From Azolla caroliniana (taxonomy: Eukaryota > Plantae > Polypodiophyta): a DNA stretch of 64,000 nucleotides. The translations under genes were made by a program, and so were the position numbers. The DNA is taken from positions 6,014,001-6,078,000 of the forward strand of contig JBHGNT010000018.1 of NCBI GenBank assembly GCA_043228905.1, given 5' to 3'. The notes beneath the pieces were generated by a model. That model made no database searches, was not told the DNA's origin, and saw only the letters and a list, made by a program, of their open reading frames with translations. This document shows, in pieces, positions 63,590 to 64,000 of the stretch; within the stretch, counting starts at the first letter, position 1, and each line of letters begins with the position of its first letter.

Positions 63590-64000
63590 GCGTTTTGTTG
63601 CCATTACCACTGCATTTCCCGTGTTTTATCCCTCCATTTTGTTGCTTTAACTACTGCAGCGACTTAAAGCAGTTTTTCTTGCGTTATCACTACAATCTTT
63701 TTCTTCTTTCATCACTTCATTGTCTTTGCTTTATCACTGCACAATTTCATTCTTTTATCACTTCAATGCCTTTGCTTTATCACTGCATTATTTTCTCCTT
63801 TTATTACTGCACGTTCCTTCATTTATCACCACATTTTCCTCCCGTTCATGACTAAATTTTTTCCTTCTTTTTCTTTTTTTTTCCTTCGCCACTGCATTTC
63901 CCTCGCTTTATCACTACATTTTCCTTGCTTTACCACTGCTTTATTCTTGCTTTACCACTGCTTTATTCTTGCTTTATCACATCTTTTTTCTTGCTTTTAT
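63590..64000. repeat. Pyrimidine-rich degenerate ~22-bp tandem repeat running off the window end
   Basis: Recurring GCTTTATCACTGC / GCTTTACCACTGCTTTATTCTT. Confidence 0.8.

Overview
Eukaryotic land-plant nuclear DNA with GT-AG introns; the transposon repertoire suggests a non-seed plant such as a fern, which is inference only. The first 12.6 kb holds a + strand spliced locus I could reconstruct exon by exon. It has three parts. (i) The membrane-spanning N-terminal part of an At1g12760-type RING E3 ligase, with no RING exons (55-1908). (ii) A PDIL1-type protein disulfide isomerase with signal peptide and a-b-b' domains, but no second CGHC domain and no KDEL (5265-7460). (iii) Serine palmitoyltransferase subunit LCB1 without its own first exon (8167-12560). 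The PDI and LCB1 parts join in frame across one phase-1 GT-AG intron, giving a stop-free ~851-aa PDI-LCB1 fusion with coherent ER topology. The RING-less module can also splice in frame upstream (~1151 aa). This chimera is the main discovery candidate. The other ~51 kb is a nested transposon field: several decayed Copia elements, a young Gypsy element (tRNA-Trp PBS, 4-bp TSD, tRNA-like Pol III A/B boxes in its LTRs), solo LTRs, LINE remnants, tandem repeats, an organellar tRNA-Gly fragment, a PPR fragment and one 596-codon low-complexity ORF. All exon structures are read from sequence only, with no transcript data.
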